The position numbers were made by a program, and so were the translations under genes. Below are positions 52,889 to 64,000 of a stretch of 64,000 bases of DNA, piece by piece; positions within the stretch are counted from its first letter, which is position 1; the number at the start of each line of letters is the position of its first letter. The stretch spans positions 165,478,001 through 165,542,000 of the forward strand of contig OX597814.1 of the NCBI GenBank assembly GCA_951406725.2. The letters run 5' to 3'. Source of the stretch: Octopus vulgaris (Eukaryota). The notes below the pieces were generated by a model, which was not told the DNA's origin, ran no database searches, and was given only the letters and a program-made list of their open reading frames with translations.

Positions 52889-53758
52889 AAAGCTATTCTA
52901 TAGAGGGCTGGTGGAGTTTAGAAACGATGATGTCTTAGGAGGGGCTCTGGGGTTTGACGAGAACCAACTCGCCAACCTGTTTAGTAGGACTGTTAGATCG
53001 GGGTATTTGGATAATTACCTAAAATCCCTAGCCTGGCAGTGCTACAGGAATGCTCTACCTGTTCGCGAAAAGTTATCCAGGCACGGAGTTTGAGTGCCAC
53101 TGACTTGCCCAAGATGTGGGCTGGACGACGAAACCGTCCAGCACACTTTTGTACAATGTTGGGAGCTGTCAAGCTTGATGGCTTTTGTGGAACATGTGTT
53201 GTCGCATTTGGGAAGAGTACAGCTATTGGGTGGATCTATAATAAAGATGGTACTGCCGGCCGGACTCTCAAGGGAAGGTGAGGAATGTTTTCTCTGTACG
53301 GTTGCAGTACCGAAAGAGTGCGTATGGAGAACAAGAATGGAAGGTGTCGTGACAGGATCCTTCATCGCTGGCCCCAGTTTGCTAAATTACTTCAGATACC
53401 ATCTGCAGAGCAAGATGGGGCTGGAGAGGAAAACCCTGTCGCGTAGGGTATATGAGCAAAGATGGAAGGATGTGATGAGAAAGGTGGGTGCGAGTAACCC
53501 AGCTTAAGCATTGATAAAAGGAAAATAGATAGTCGCTGGGCCTTACAGGCTGCCGGGTGAATCCGCCCGAATTCATTTTTAATTTAAGGAAAAAGAAAAA
53601 AGGTGGTGTCAAAAAGGAAAAGAACCAAGTCAGTTAATTGTACATAAGTGAATGTCATTTGTGAATATTCTCATCCAAACTCAGATATCATTTTTGTGTG
53701 TTTGTAACGTCCTGTAATGTACCCCTCTGTGTTTGATTGTATAATCATAATAAAAATA
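52889..53758 (+). mobile_element. 5'-truncated L1/Tx1-type LINE 3' end
   Basis: zf-RVT-like LAWQCYRNALPV...CPRC..DETVQHTFVQC; AATAAA at the 3' end; 29-bp TSD at 52860-52888 and 53759-53787 (1 mismatch). Confidence 0.85.
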
Positions 53759-53772
53759 TTCATCACTAGCTG

Positions 53773-53831
53773 GTGATTAACACACACTGAGGATGGGTAA
53801 CCACCCAGAAACTCAAATCCGCATGTATCAC
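53773..53831 (+). ncRNA. CpG-decayed type I hammerhead ribozyme
   Basis: CTGAGGA 53787-93; perfect stem II TGGGT-aacc-ACCCA; GAAA 53808-11; CTCAAA-TC; stem I CACACA/CGCATG extended by GTGAT/ATCAC. Confidence 0.55.
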
Positions 53832-56800
53832 GTAAGGCTAGGGCTGGTTGCGATGACCTCCCCTCACAAATGCCAATTGGACACAGACTATGTCATTAAC
53901 CATTTGGAAGAGATGTCTTCCTGGGGCTATAAACGTCAGTAACACTGTCCTTTATAGGACACCATACTTGGTTGGCAATTATATGTTACAATTCCGTAGT
54001 GCTACTGTATATATCTCACTCAGAGATTTAATATAGCTTATTTCTCCTTACATACATACATATACACACACACATACATACAGACAGACAGAGTGTACCT
54101 AGATACATAAACATGCGCACATATGCGCGAGTTTGTGTGGATGTTTAGAAACTATCAGTTTGGACATTTTTTCTAAGTAAAACAGAAATAAGTTTATTGA
54201 AATAAGACCATCATATAATAATGCTGACTGACAATAAATTAAAGTTACTTTTAACTACAGACTGTCAAACCACATAAACATGGACACGTATGTACAGATA
54301 CACACGTGTGTTTGTTGATGGGTGGGTGTGATTAATTATTCATATTGACGCACAATATGAAAGCATGAGAGAAAGAGGGAAAGAGAGAGAGAATTCATTT
54401 CACATCAAGAAATTCAATTTTGTTTTCAGTGAGCTGTAACTAAGGGTGATGTCCGATCAGAGAAAGAAGTGTCACTTAAAGCATAAAAATAATCAGTAGA
54501 GGCAGGACAAGATTAGGAAACAGATCAATGTACACACACAATCAATCTGTTCTCTACACTTAATTAGTCCTGAACTACGTGGCTTAATAATCAATAGGCA
54601 GAAGAAAATCTTGACTGAATTAAGAAAGAACAAACATAAACGGTGGAAAAAGTGGGCCGAGTCATACCAAAGATGCAAGGCAAATCTGAGTAAGATAACA
54701 ATAATTAAATTTTTTTTTTTGTTGTTCTTATTAAATGAAAGCAATGACTAGATTGAAGAGAAGAGTATTGATTGTAGTATTGTACTTCTTAGTGTCTATC
54801 ATTATAGAATACAATTGTAGCTCAACTTCTGTCAAGTTTTTTTTTCTCCCGTTTTCTTTCACATGAATATTTCGTAAATTCTAATTTTGATCTCTCCAAC
54901 GAATGTGAGGAGAATGTTTCTTCAATTGTAAATTAGAAAAATTTGAAAATAAACCATATGTGGCAGGTGTGTTAGCGCACATGTGATATAAACACACACA
55001 CACACATATATATATATAATTCTCACGCAGTGAAGTTGTTTAGCTCCAGCTGTCCTATCTCACCTTTTCTCCATACACAGTTAACCCAGGATCACATCAT
55101 CCAATGTGTCATTTTTTAATGGGCTTAGGTGTTTGCTTTTCTAGCATGCCAAGCAACAATATAAAAGTCTCTCCCTCCACTTTTTATTTTTTTTTCATTA
55201 TTTTAGTCTGAAGGAACGGATTGTGCCATTGATTTCACAAAGCTCCCAAAACTGTTTGGCTTAAGCAGGGCTAAAAAAATCTCAATATGGTGTTAAGCAA
55301 ACAGGTAGTCATTTTTAGCGTAGATTTTTAAAATCACCCTGTAACTTTTTACATTATGCCTTTTTCTTGGGACCCCACCACCGTCTTCAATTTTTGTGTG
55401 TTTTGAACATGAAATTCAGAAACTGTAGAAAAAGAAAAGTAATCTTTTTTAATCAAAATCTGATCAGAATTTGGCGGGATTACAACTTCAGTACTTTGTT
55501 TATGTTTCGCTTTTATTTTAAGTGTATGTGTATAAAATCATTAGGAATTGCATTTTTGTCCTTAATTAATAATTAATTGAATCTGGGCATTTAAAATTTT
55601 CATTCGTAACGCAGCTGTTCAACAACATCGTACGGCGGTCAATTTCACTCGACTAAAACCCTTAAAGGTGGTGCCCCAGCATGACCACAGTCGAATGACT
55701 GATACAGCTGCTTCATCCCTTGATCCTAATTAATTTCTTATTAAAAATAAAATTATTATTACATTTATTTATTTGGCACATTCTGAATGTGATATTCAAA
55801 ACAATAATTAGGAGACAGCTGTTTTTTTTGTTTTGTTCTATTTTTGATTTAAAGAAATAAAATGAAAATACAGTAAGATATTTTTAGTCCTGTGTTCGAC
55901 TGCTTCTCCCAACTCTTATTGACTTCTCATTGAACAAGATTTAAACACAACTTAGGATCATAACAAACATTTCTTACTGTATTTTCTAGTCCAATGATTT
56001 ATTAGATCGTTGTAAATACTTGGAGTCACCTGTTGAAAAAAATGTAAGGTGAATTAATAGCTTTAGGGCGCAGAATATACAGAGCTGTTTGTTATTATTG
56101 CAGGTCTCAGCTGATCAGACTCAACATCGATTTTAATAGCCAAGGTATTAAGAAAACAAAAAAGCCCTGTAAAGTAGCAAAGCGACATCTAAAACTCCAG
56201 CATTACAAGTAAATAATCTGTGGGAATTAGGCTAACGTTTGCAAACAGTTGACGTGAAGAGTTGACACTCATGATTTTGAGAAGAATTTGTATTGATTAG
56301 AACGATCATGTATTTTTTTTACATATATTCATTGTTATTTCAACAGGTAGCTTAGGATTAATAATACACTCACTTGAATTATTTTCAACTTCTAGTAATT
56401 CTTTGGAAATCGAAGCAGCTGTTTTTCTTTTTCGTTCCATTCGTGTTAATTTTCACGTGTTTATTGTACTGATATGGTATAATGCTAGTCTACATGAAAT
56501 TAAGCACATGGCTAGCCGGTGTGTAATAAGGAATAGCAGCATTTAACATTCGTCCGACTCTGTTCCGCACATTATAAATAAGATATTCAAAATACGCCTT
56601 ATAATAAATAAAAATCAGCTTATAAAATTCTTTATTTCCTATCTTATCGTTTCATTTTCATAAACTCACCATTCAACTTACACCATCTGAATACAATTAT
56701 TTCCATGTATTTTTGTGCCACATCGCCAAATCAAATGGTGGGATAGAAGCTGTTAGAACTAATTTTCGATGTCGTCCTCATCTTTTTCTTAACTTTAAAA

Positions 56801-57798
56801 TAACTAGACAAAGGAATTAGTTTTAAGTTTATTAAGCCATTTTAAATTTAATATTAAAAATTTAAATATATATTAATAAAAAAATAAAAGTGCTTTTTAG
56901 AAAAAAAATGTTAATCTCGAGTGAGCGGGAGACAAAACGAGATTTAGCAAATGCAGTCGAAATATTACATGTTGGCATGTGTCAGTTTTGTTGTTGCTTG
57001 AGGTATTTATGAATGTTTTTTTAAAATATTTTTTTCACTCTCATGTCATTTGTTTATATATGACATCTCTGACATCGTAACTAGGAACTATTTTATATAA
57101 GATGGTAAGGAACGAAATAAAATGTTTCTATTGTACTAAATCTTACTCAACATATCAATAGTTTCCACAAATCACTGGATTTATGACAAACGTGTCAGAA
57201 ATGTTCGGATGACTTTTCTGTGATATCTTTTTTCACATCATCATCATAAGCTTAATTTACTCTTGCTGTTTTGAAAGTACTGTAGCTTTCTTCTACTCTT
57301 TTCTTTTATTTTCTACTTTCAAATTATATTAACTTTTGTTTACACGTTTCATTCTGTCAATCAAAACTAATCTGGGGTTTTTTTTTTCATATTTTGTGAG
57401 AACCGGTGATAATTCAAGTATTAATTTCTGTCACGTCTCTACTCCATTGTAATTTGGAAAACTTTCATAATATGACTTTTTATCTTTATTTTTGTTCCAC
57501 ACTCAGTGGTGTGTATACATCTGGAGATGTTTTTTTTAACCCTAGGTAGACTGATCCAGCGAATCCATGTTTAAAAAAACATGTCAGTAGATTTGAGGGC
57601 GATTCGGGTGTTATTTTTAACACATTCAATAGAAGGCTACATCAATAGAAAGGCTACATCGTGTGGTTTATGTCGTAGATGTCTTTTAGGTAGAAGTGTA
57701 TTTATGCTTTTGCGACCAAAATGCGACAGGATGTACCCATAAAAGTAACAGTTGCCTAATGTCGCCGTATCCTACATGCATTTTGTACTCACTAGGAT

Positions 57799-57930
57799 CC
57801 AAAGTGGTAACTACATTTGACATTACTGCCAAAGTGATAACGGTTTCAGACTTTAGTGCCAAATTGCCAACTACTTCTGGCATTACTGCCAAAATAGTAA
57901 CCACTTCTGACATTACTGCCAAAGTTGATA
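57799..57930. repeat. 30-bp tandem repeat, about 4.4 units
   Basis: ccaaagtggtaactacatttgacattactg-like units at 57799, 57829, 57859, 57889 and 57919. Confidence 0.85.
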
Positions 57931-59339
57931 TGATTTCCTTAAGAAGCATTTCTCATTAAACTTTCCAAGACGACTGAGTGTTACTTAAGTGATTGGCAAT
58001 ACTTATCCTTACGAAATTAATTTATCCATGTCTCATCAAAATCATATATTTTCCTGTATTTTACTTTGAAACCTATTAACATATAGAGCAGTTCTTAACT
58101 TACACCTCATTCGTGTAACTTATTTTTGCTAACTTATTTTTGTTTCCTTGCATGGATTTGTTTCTTTTAATGCTTAATGTGAATGACAATATTTCTATAT
58201 AAGAAATGGATATAATATACCCATCTTTTAACATCAGGCATATACTCTTTACTCTTTTACCTGTTTCAGTCATTTGATTGCAGCCATGCTGGAGTACCGC
58301 CTTTAGTCGAGCAAATCGACCCCAGGACTTATTCTTTGTAAGCCTAGTACTTATTCTATCAGTGTCTTTTTGCCGAACCGCTAAGTTACGGGGACGTAAA
58401 CACACCAGCATCGGTTGTCAAGCGAATGGGAGGAGGGACAAACACAGACGTATATGACTAGCAGGAAGAGGCGATGAAAACAAGAACAACATAGAAGCTA
58501 CTGAGAAAGTATCTATATAGCTCTGGCTGAAAAGAGGTGATTAGGAGTTCAGTAGAATGCCACTTGGACACAAGCCTAGGCTTCATCAACCCAAGTTAAA
58601 TCACCTGGACATGGGTGTATGCTATATGACACAAAATACCCAGTGATTTCAGGATACAACACTGATAGTGTGACCAAGTGTCACATCTGTAGATAGATGT
58701 TGAACTGATTGTTTGACATGTATTCTTTTCCCAAAAACATTAGCAGTGTAAGTAAATCTTGCTTAGAACTCATGCCTGACAGTGTCTGGATAGTTTTCTT
58801 CCTTCTATATCCAAGAATGAGTTCCTTATTTCTTCATCCTCTCCAAAACATCAATCTTCCTACAATGTTGATATTGATTTGGCATTCGTTTCCTTGGTAG
58901 GAAAATTGCGTAATGCTTACAAGGGAAATGTATTAATTTTGGCAGGTGAATCAGTAGTACTTTACTAATGACACAATGTCTGTAGCATTCCTATTTTAAT
59001 TAAGTAGTTAACAGCAGGAAAGGTGCTCAGCTATAAAACCATTATCTAAATCTGCAAAACTGCACAACCTATACAATCACAGAAAAATAAAATGCAAAAC
59101 AATTGTTTTTGTTTTTTTCTTTGTTGGCTTCTTTTGCACCAGTTTTAATAGAAATGTTTTGACCTCCACAAATATAAGTTTAGAATTTTAGTCACACAAA
59201 ACAGAAACTCTTGGAATAAATCAAATCTAATCTAGATCACATGAAGAGCAGCTGGAGAGTTAGCATTCTGAAAAGCTATCTACCACTTGTCAGTACAGGT
59301 GTTGTGTCAGACTATATCTAAGTACAGTCATAGTTACAC

Positions 59340-61400
59340 AAAATCCCTTACGTTGAGAAGCTTTTTCTTCTTTTCAGCTGAATAATTGAACTCTGACACT
59401 GAAGCGATAACAACCTTGAATAGTCTTAATCAACGTATAAAATGCATGCAATGCTAATATTAGCATATGAATGACATTCATATCTTCCAGAAAGAAATTG
59501 ATATAATTCTTTTCATTATTCAATAGCTTATATCTAATGTTGTTTTCAATATTCATTCTTCTATCAGCAGTCAGTTACAGTTTTCATTAGCACCTGTTAA
59601 CTTAGTTCAGTTTTACATTGTTTATTCTAGTGCATTTGAATCCAATTTCTTTAACATTGCAGTATCTTCATTGTTTCTTATCTTAATTTCCTCAAACTTG
59701 TTTGTAGAGTTATATACTACTTGAAAATGTTATCTATTTTCAAAACTATTTTAAATCAAGTTTAAGAATAACAACAGAACATTTACTGGAGTGAGTCATT
59801 AAAATTCATGTTGATTGGGAGTTCAAGTTTCACCTATTGATTTAGCCAAACAGTCATGCTGGATATGCTGCTAGGTGAAATATGAAGGTCCAGTAAACAC
59901 AAACTTTACAATAAATTAAGTGTTATTATTAACATGCAATGATATCAAGATCACCCTTACTGTCTTTTCTTGGTTTAGTCATCTGAACTTTAGAAATCAT
60001 CACAAGCTGTTAAATGAATTAAATTTGAGAGCTGAAGCTATTATTATGCATTTACACAGTGTGCAGACATAAGTGCAAAAATTCTATTTGCTTAGGATGT
60101 GCAAACCCAGATTTTCAGGAAGATGTTCTCAGCATTTTCATTGACTTCCCCCAAATTTTAGAGATTGCAATTGCACTCCCTGCACTTGGTCCTATGTTCT
60201 CAGATTATTACATACCACCTATGGGCCTCATTTGAACCATATTTTCTGCACTTTGTTCTAGTTCTTTTCACAGATTCATAAAAATGAGCTTTCTCGTGTA
60301 ATCTCTGACAATAACTTTGAATTGTTCAGTTAGATTTGGATGTTATAAGAATTTGACACTTTCAGTTTTCATCAATTACTTTTGAAGACAAACTGATGAT
60401 ATAGCAGATATTATATTACTCACATTTGATGATGAATTCCAATATCTTATATACAGGTTTGTCCCCATTAATGGGGGTGGCCAGATCTACCTTACTCCTA
60501 CAGCAACTGCTCTCACACCATCTCACCTGGTTTTGGGCATCCTCCCTCCTCAAGCCAACCCTCCTAATCTCCTCCTCCATGTTTTCTTTGGTTGACCTCA
60601 CTTTCATGGTTCATTCACATTAAACTCAAGCACTCTCCTCAGAACATGATCCTCATCCATACCACAGCATTCCATTCACCCATGCCAGCTTTTCTATCAA
60701 TTCTTCCCACCCCAGCATCCCCATCAAGTCCTCAGCCTTCCTTTTGTCCAATAGTTTCACACCACACACTGCTCTCACCATTGCTCTTTCGGTCCTCAAA
60801 ATTGCTATTTTGCTCTCCCTCAGACACATTTATCCCAGAATTTCACAAATTATCATATGGCCATCATACCAACTTTTGATAATGATAAATCTGTTGTTTG
60901 CTTTTACAATTAATACTGAGAAACTCTTATTTCTTCAGCAGCAAAGCAACTGTCACATTTGAATCGTATATGCATTGTTATTAACCAATGATGTCATTGT
61001 CATATTCTTCTTTATTCAAGTATAGCCATTTTAAGATAGACACCTTAAATAGTTTAAAGGTAGCCACTTTAAATTTTTAAGCTAACCACCATATATATAG
61101 TCTTAATCAGCATGTAATGCTATCTGTTTTAGTGTAACAAGGATACCATAACATGAAATACATGAATTTCATATATTTGTCATATGTTAGAGAATAAATA
61201 AAATTCATTTGAGAAAATAAGTAAAATTTTTGCTTCCTGTTGGTCTGTTGAAAATGGATATATTGATCATATGTTCTCCTCTATAATTTCAGCTTTTATT
61301 TATCATGTCAAAATATTGATATTCTTAACATCAGTTTTAGTTTTTTAATCTTCTCACCAACAGTATTGTATTATGGAGGAGTTCCGGCTCTGTTTTTAAA
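59340..61400 (-). mobile_element. Possible highly decayed hAT transposase relic
   Basis: Only faint motifs (GVQ near 60170; NISIA...VIASV near 59400-59460); many stops. Confidence 0.25.
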
Positions 61401-62998
61401 ATCTGTTATCTATCTTTTCATGCTAATAATTGAAATCGAAATCAAACTCAATGACTGGCGTCCATGCTAGTGGAGCGCTAAGAGTATCATACAAGTGAGA
61501 TCGTTGCCAGAGTAACAAGCTGGCATCCGTGCTGATGGCATGTTAAAAACACCATTCGAGTGTGATCGTTACCTGCGTTGCCTTACTAGCACTTGTGCTG
61601 GTGGCATGTGAAAAAAAACATTCGAGCGAGGTTGTTGCCAGTGCTGCTGGACTGGCTCCTGTGCAGGTGGCACATAAAAAGCACCATCTGAGCATGACCA
61701 TTGCCAGTACCACCTAACTGGCCCTCGTGCCGGTGGCACGTAAAAGCACCCACTACACTCTGGGGGTGGTTGGCATCAAGAAGGGCATCCAGCTGTAGAA
61801 ACTCTGCCAGCTCAAGATTGGAGCCTGGTGCAGTCATCTGGTTTGCCAGACCTCAGTCAAATCGTCCAACCCATGCTAGCATGGAAAGCGGATGTTAAAC
61901 GATGATGATGATGATGAATATCAGTTGCTTACTTCATTGAACCTCTAGATATATATACATGGCACCGGCACGAGTGCATTTTATGTAGCACCAGCACAAG
62001 TGTATTTTATGTGGCACCAGCACAAGTGTATTTTATGTGGCACCAGCACTTGCAAGACAAAGATGGGTGAGGGAGTGGGGGAATGGCCATAATGGACATA
62101 CCTGCTTAGCTTGACATGTCTTCTTAAGTGCAGCAAATCCTCAGAAGTCCTGGTCCCTTGTAATCTCTGTGAAGCCCAGCATCTGAATATCCAGAAAGTA
62201 ATTTTTTTTTTATTACAGTTGGTTGTGTGACTTTTTTCTGGATCCAGTATAAAGTAACTGCAACATTGTCTCAGTTGTAGCATTAGTATTCCATTGTGGG
62301 TCTTACCTGGGCTTTGTAGAGGATCTATAACTGATGTATTTCTTGGCTCTGATGTGAAGGTCAGTCTTTGGGATGCAGTCCTAAATATGTTAGGGATCTG
62401 TACTTGCAACAAGAGATATGCAGTATTACTGTGACCTAGCATTGGGGATGATTGCAAGGTTTCTAGTTGCATGCTGCTTCAATGTTCTTCACTTCTTTCA
62501 CTTGTAACAACAAAGCTCTAATCTATGTACATATAAGTGTGAGTTTGAGGAAGAAGATGAAACTCTTTAAACAAAGAGAAGAGTTGGCATCATTTTCCAC
62601 TAAGCTGTGTATTCAGCCTGGCTGTGAATTGAAACAAAAAAGCTAAAAGAAAAAAACAAAAAACAAAAAAAAAAAAATGGCAAAGTTAGTGGCAGATGGT
62701 GATTAAAGTCATGGTGTTACTGACATGGATGATTATTAATATCAATATTCAAAAGCTTCTAAATGTTCTGGCTGATTTATTAAGTGAAATCAGATTCCAA
62801 ATGACTCCACCCGAATAATTAATTTATGATAGTAATTTATCATTATTATTATAATAGTTGTTGTAACATGCATGTTTCAAAGCTGCTGTGGGTTGCAGTT
62901 AAGTTAATGTTAGCATTACATATTTATACTCATTAATTAACCAGTTGTTCTCAAATTCATAAATCTTCCTCTATAAATTTGCAACCATTCTACATATA

Positions 62999-63553
62999 CA
63001 GGGTGGACCAAAATGATCTGACACATTTAGAGGCTTAATAAAAGCACAAAATAAGAAATAGTGAAAAGAAAAATTTTATTTTCTGAATGTACATATAATG
63101 CCATTTTATTTCATTAAGTTTTAAAAATTAAATCAGCTAAATGCTTCCCATCATTGTCAACACACTGTTGGAGACGTTCATGGAAGTTATCGATAACTCT
63201 ATGGATCATTTCTTCTGGAATGGTTGCTATTTCTACACAAATTGCACATTTTAATTCATCAACAGATCGAGGGTGATGACTGAATACTTTTGATTTTAAA
63301 TATCCCCGCAAGAAAAAATCACATTTCACCATTCCAGAAGAAATGATCCATAGAGTTATCGATAACTTTCATGAACGTCTCCAACAGTGTGTTGACAATG
63401 ATGGGAAGCATTTAGCTGATTTAATTTTTAAAACTTAAAGAAATAAACTGGCATTATATGTACATTCAGAAAATAAAATTTTTCTTTTCATTATTTCTTA
63501 TTTTGTGCTTTTATTAAGCCTCCAAATGTGTCAGATCATTTTGGTCCACCCTG
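62999..63553. mobile_element. Foldback Tc1/mariner derivative with ~225-bp arms
   Basis: TA-CAGGGTGGACCAAAA...TTTTGGTCCACCCTG-TA. Minus ORF CDFFLRGYLKSKVF...RLQQCVDNDGKHL is a transposase C-terminus. Confidence 0.9.
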
Positions 63554-64000
63554 TATAACAATACATGGCTGTGTATTTAAAAAGTTCACTTCCCAGCCAC
63601 GTATTTTGAGTTCTGTCCTACTCACTGCACAACTTGAATGTCTTCTATTATAGCCCTGTGATTTATAAACTAACTGAAAAAATGTCATCAACTATATATG
63701 TGTGTGTGTACTTGTTTAAATTTACACATTTTTAATTATTGCTGAGCAGCGACATTGTTGTCATTTCTCCTGTCAACAAGTTGTCCACTGGCTTCATATT
63801 TTTGAAGATGTGGGTTAAAAGATCCTTAAAAACCAGGTAAATGTTTGCAAGAGGAAGAACATTCAGCTGTAAAATAATGCCTCAATAGTACATTTGTCTG
63901 ACCCATATAAAGATGATACAAACATTTCCATGAATTGTGATTTATCTTTGTTTTTTTTTTTAATTTCAGCACAACATCCATTCAACTTTTGAGATTAGAA

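Larger units (their letters stand above)
52488..54049. mobile_element. Inverted pair of a ~355-nt hammerhead-containing unit (retrozyme/Penelope pseudo-LTR-like)
   Basis: 52572-52789 is the reverse complement of 53832-54049; 52488-52566 is the reverse complement of about 52809-52880. Confidence 0.7.

Overview
AT-rich, microsatellite- and repeat-dense eukaryotic DNA, inferred to be cephalopod (probably Octopus) from its RTE and tRNA/Nin-type SINE content. One host gene is recognisable. Three spliced minus-strand exons (37153-37239, 18005-18129, 15560-15733) join in frame to give the middle and C-terminus of a NOPCHAP1/C12orf45 (DUF4598)-like protein; exon 1 was not found. The rest is mobile DNA: a young 5'-truncated RTE LINE with about 20 3'-end derivatives, a disrupted Penelope-like (RT + GIY-YIG) element, L1/Tx1 fragments, pogo/Tigger, maT and mariner relics, MITEs, Helitron-like elements and three tRNA-SINE families. 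The most interesting signal is RNA structure inside the repeats: four type-I hammerhead candidates, one of them in a circularly permuted ~355-nt retrozyme-like unit hit by a Tx1 insertion; an Ingi/L1Tc-Pr77-like HDV ribozyme in a short (CAA)n-tailed element; and tandem H-type pseudoknot modules in the RTE 3' region. All structures were read by eye and have not been computed. Repeat boundaries without a TSD or TIR are approximate.
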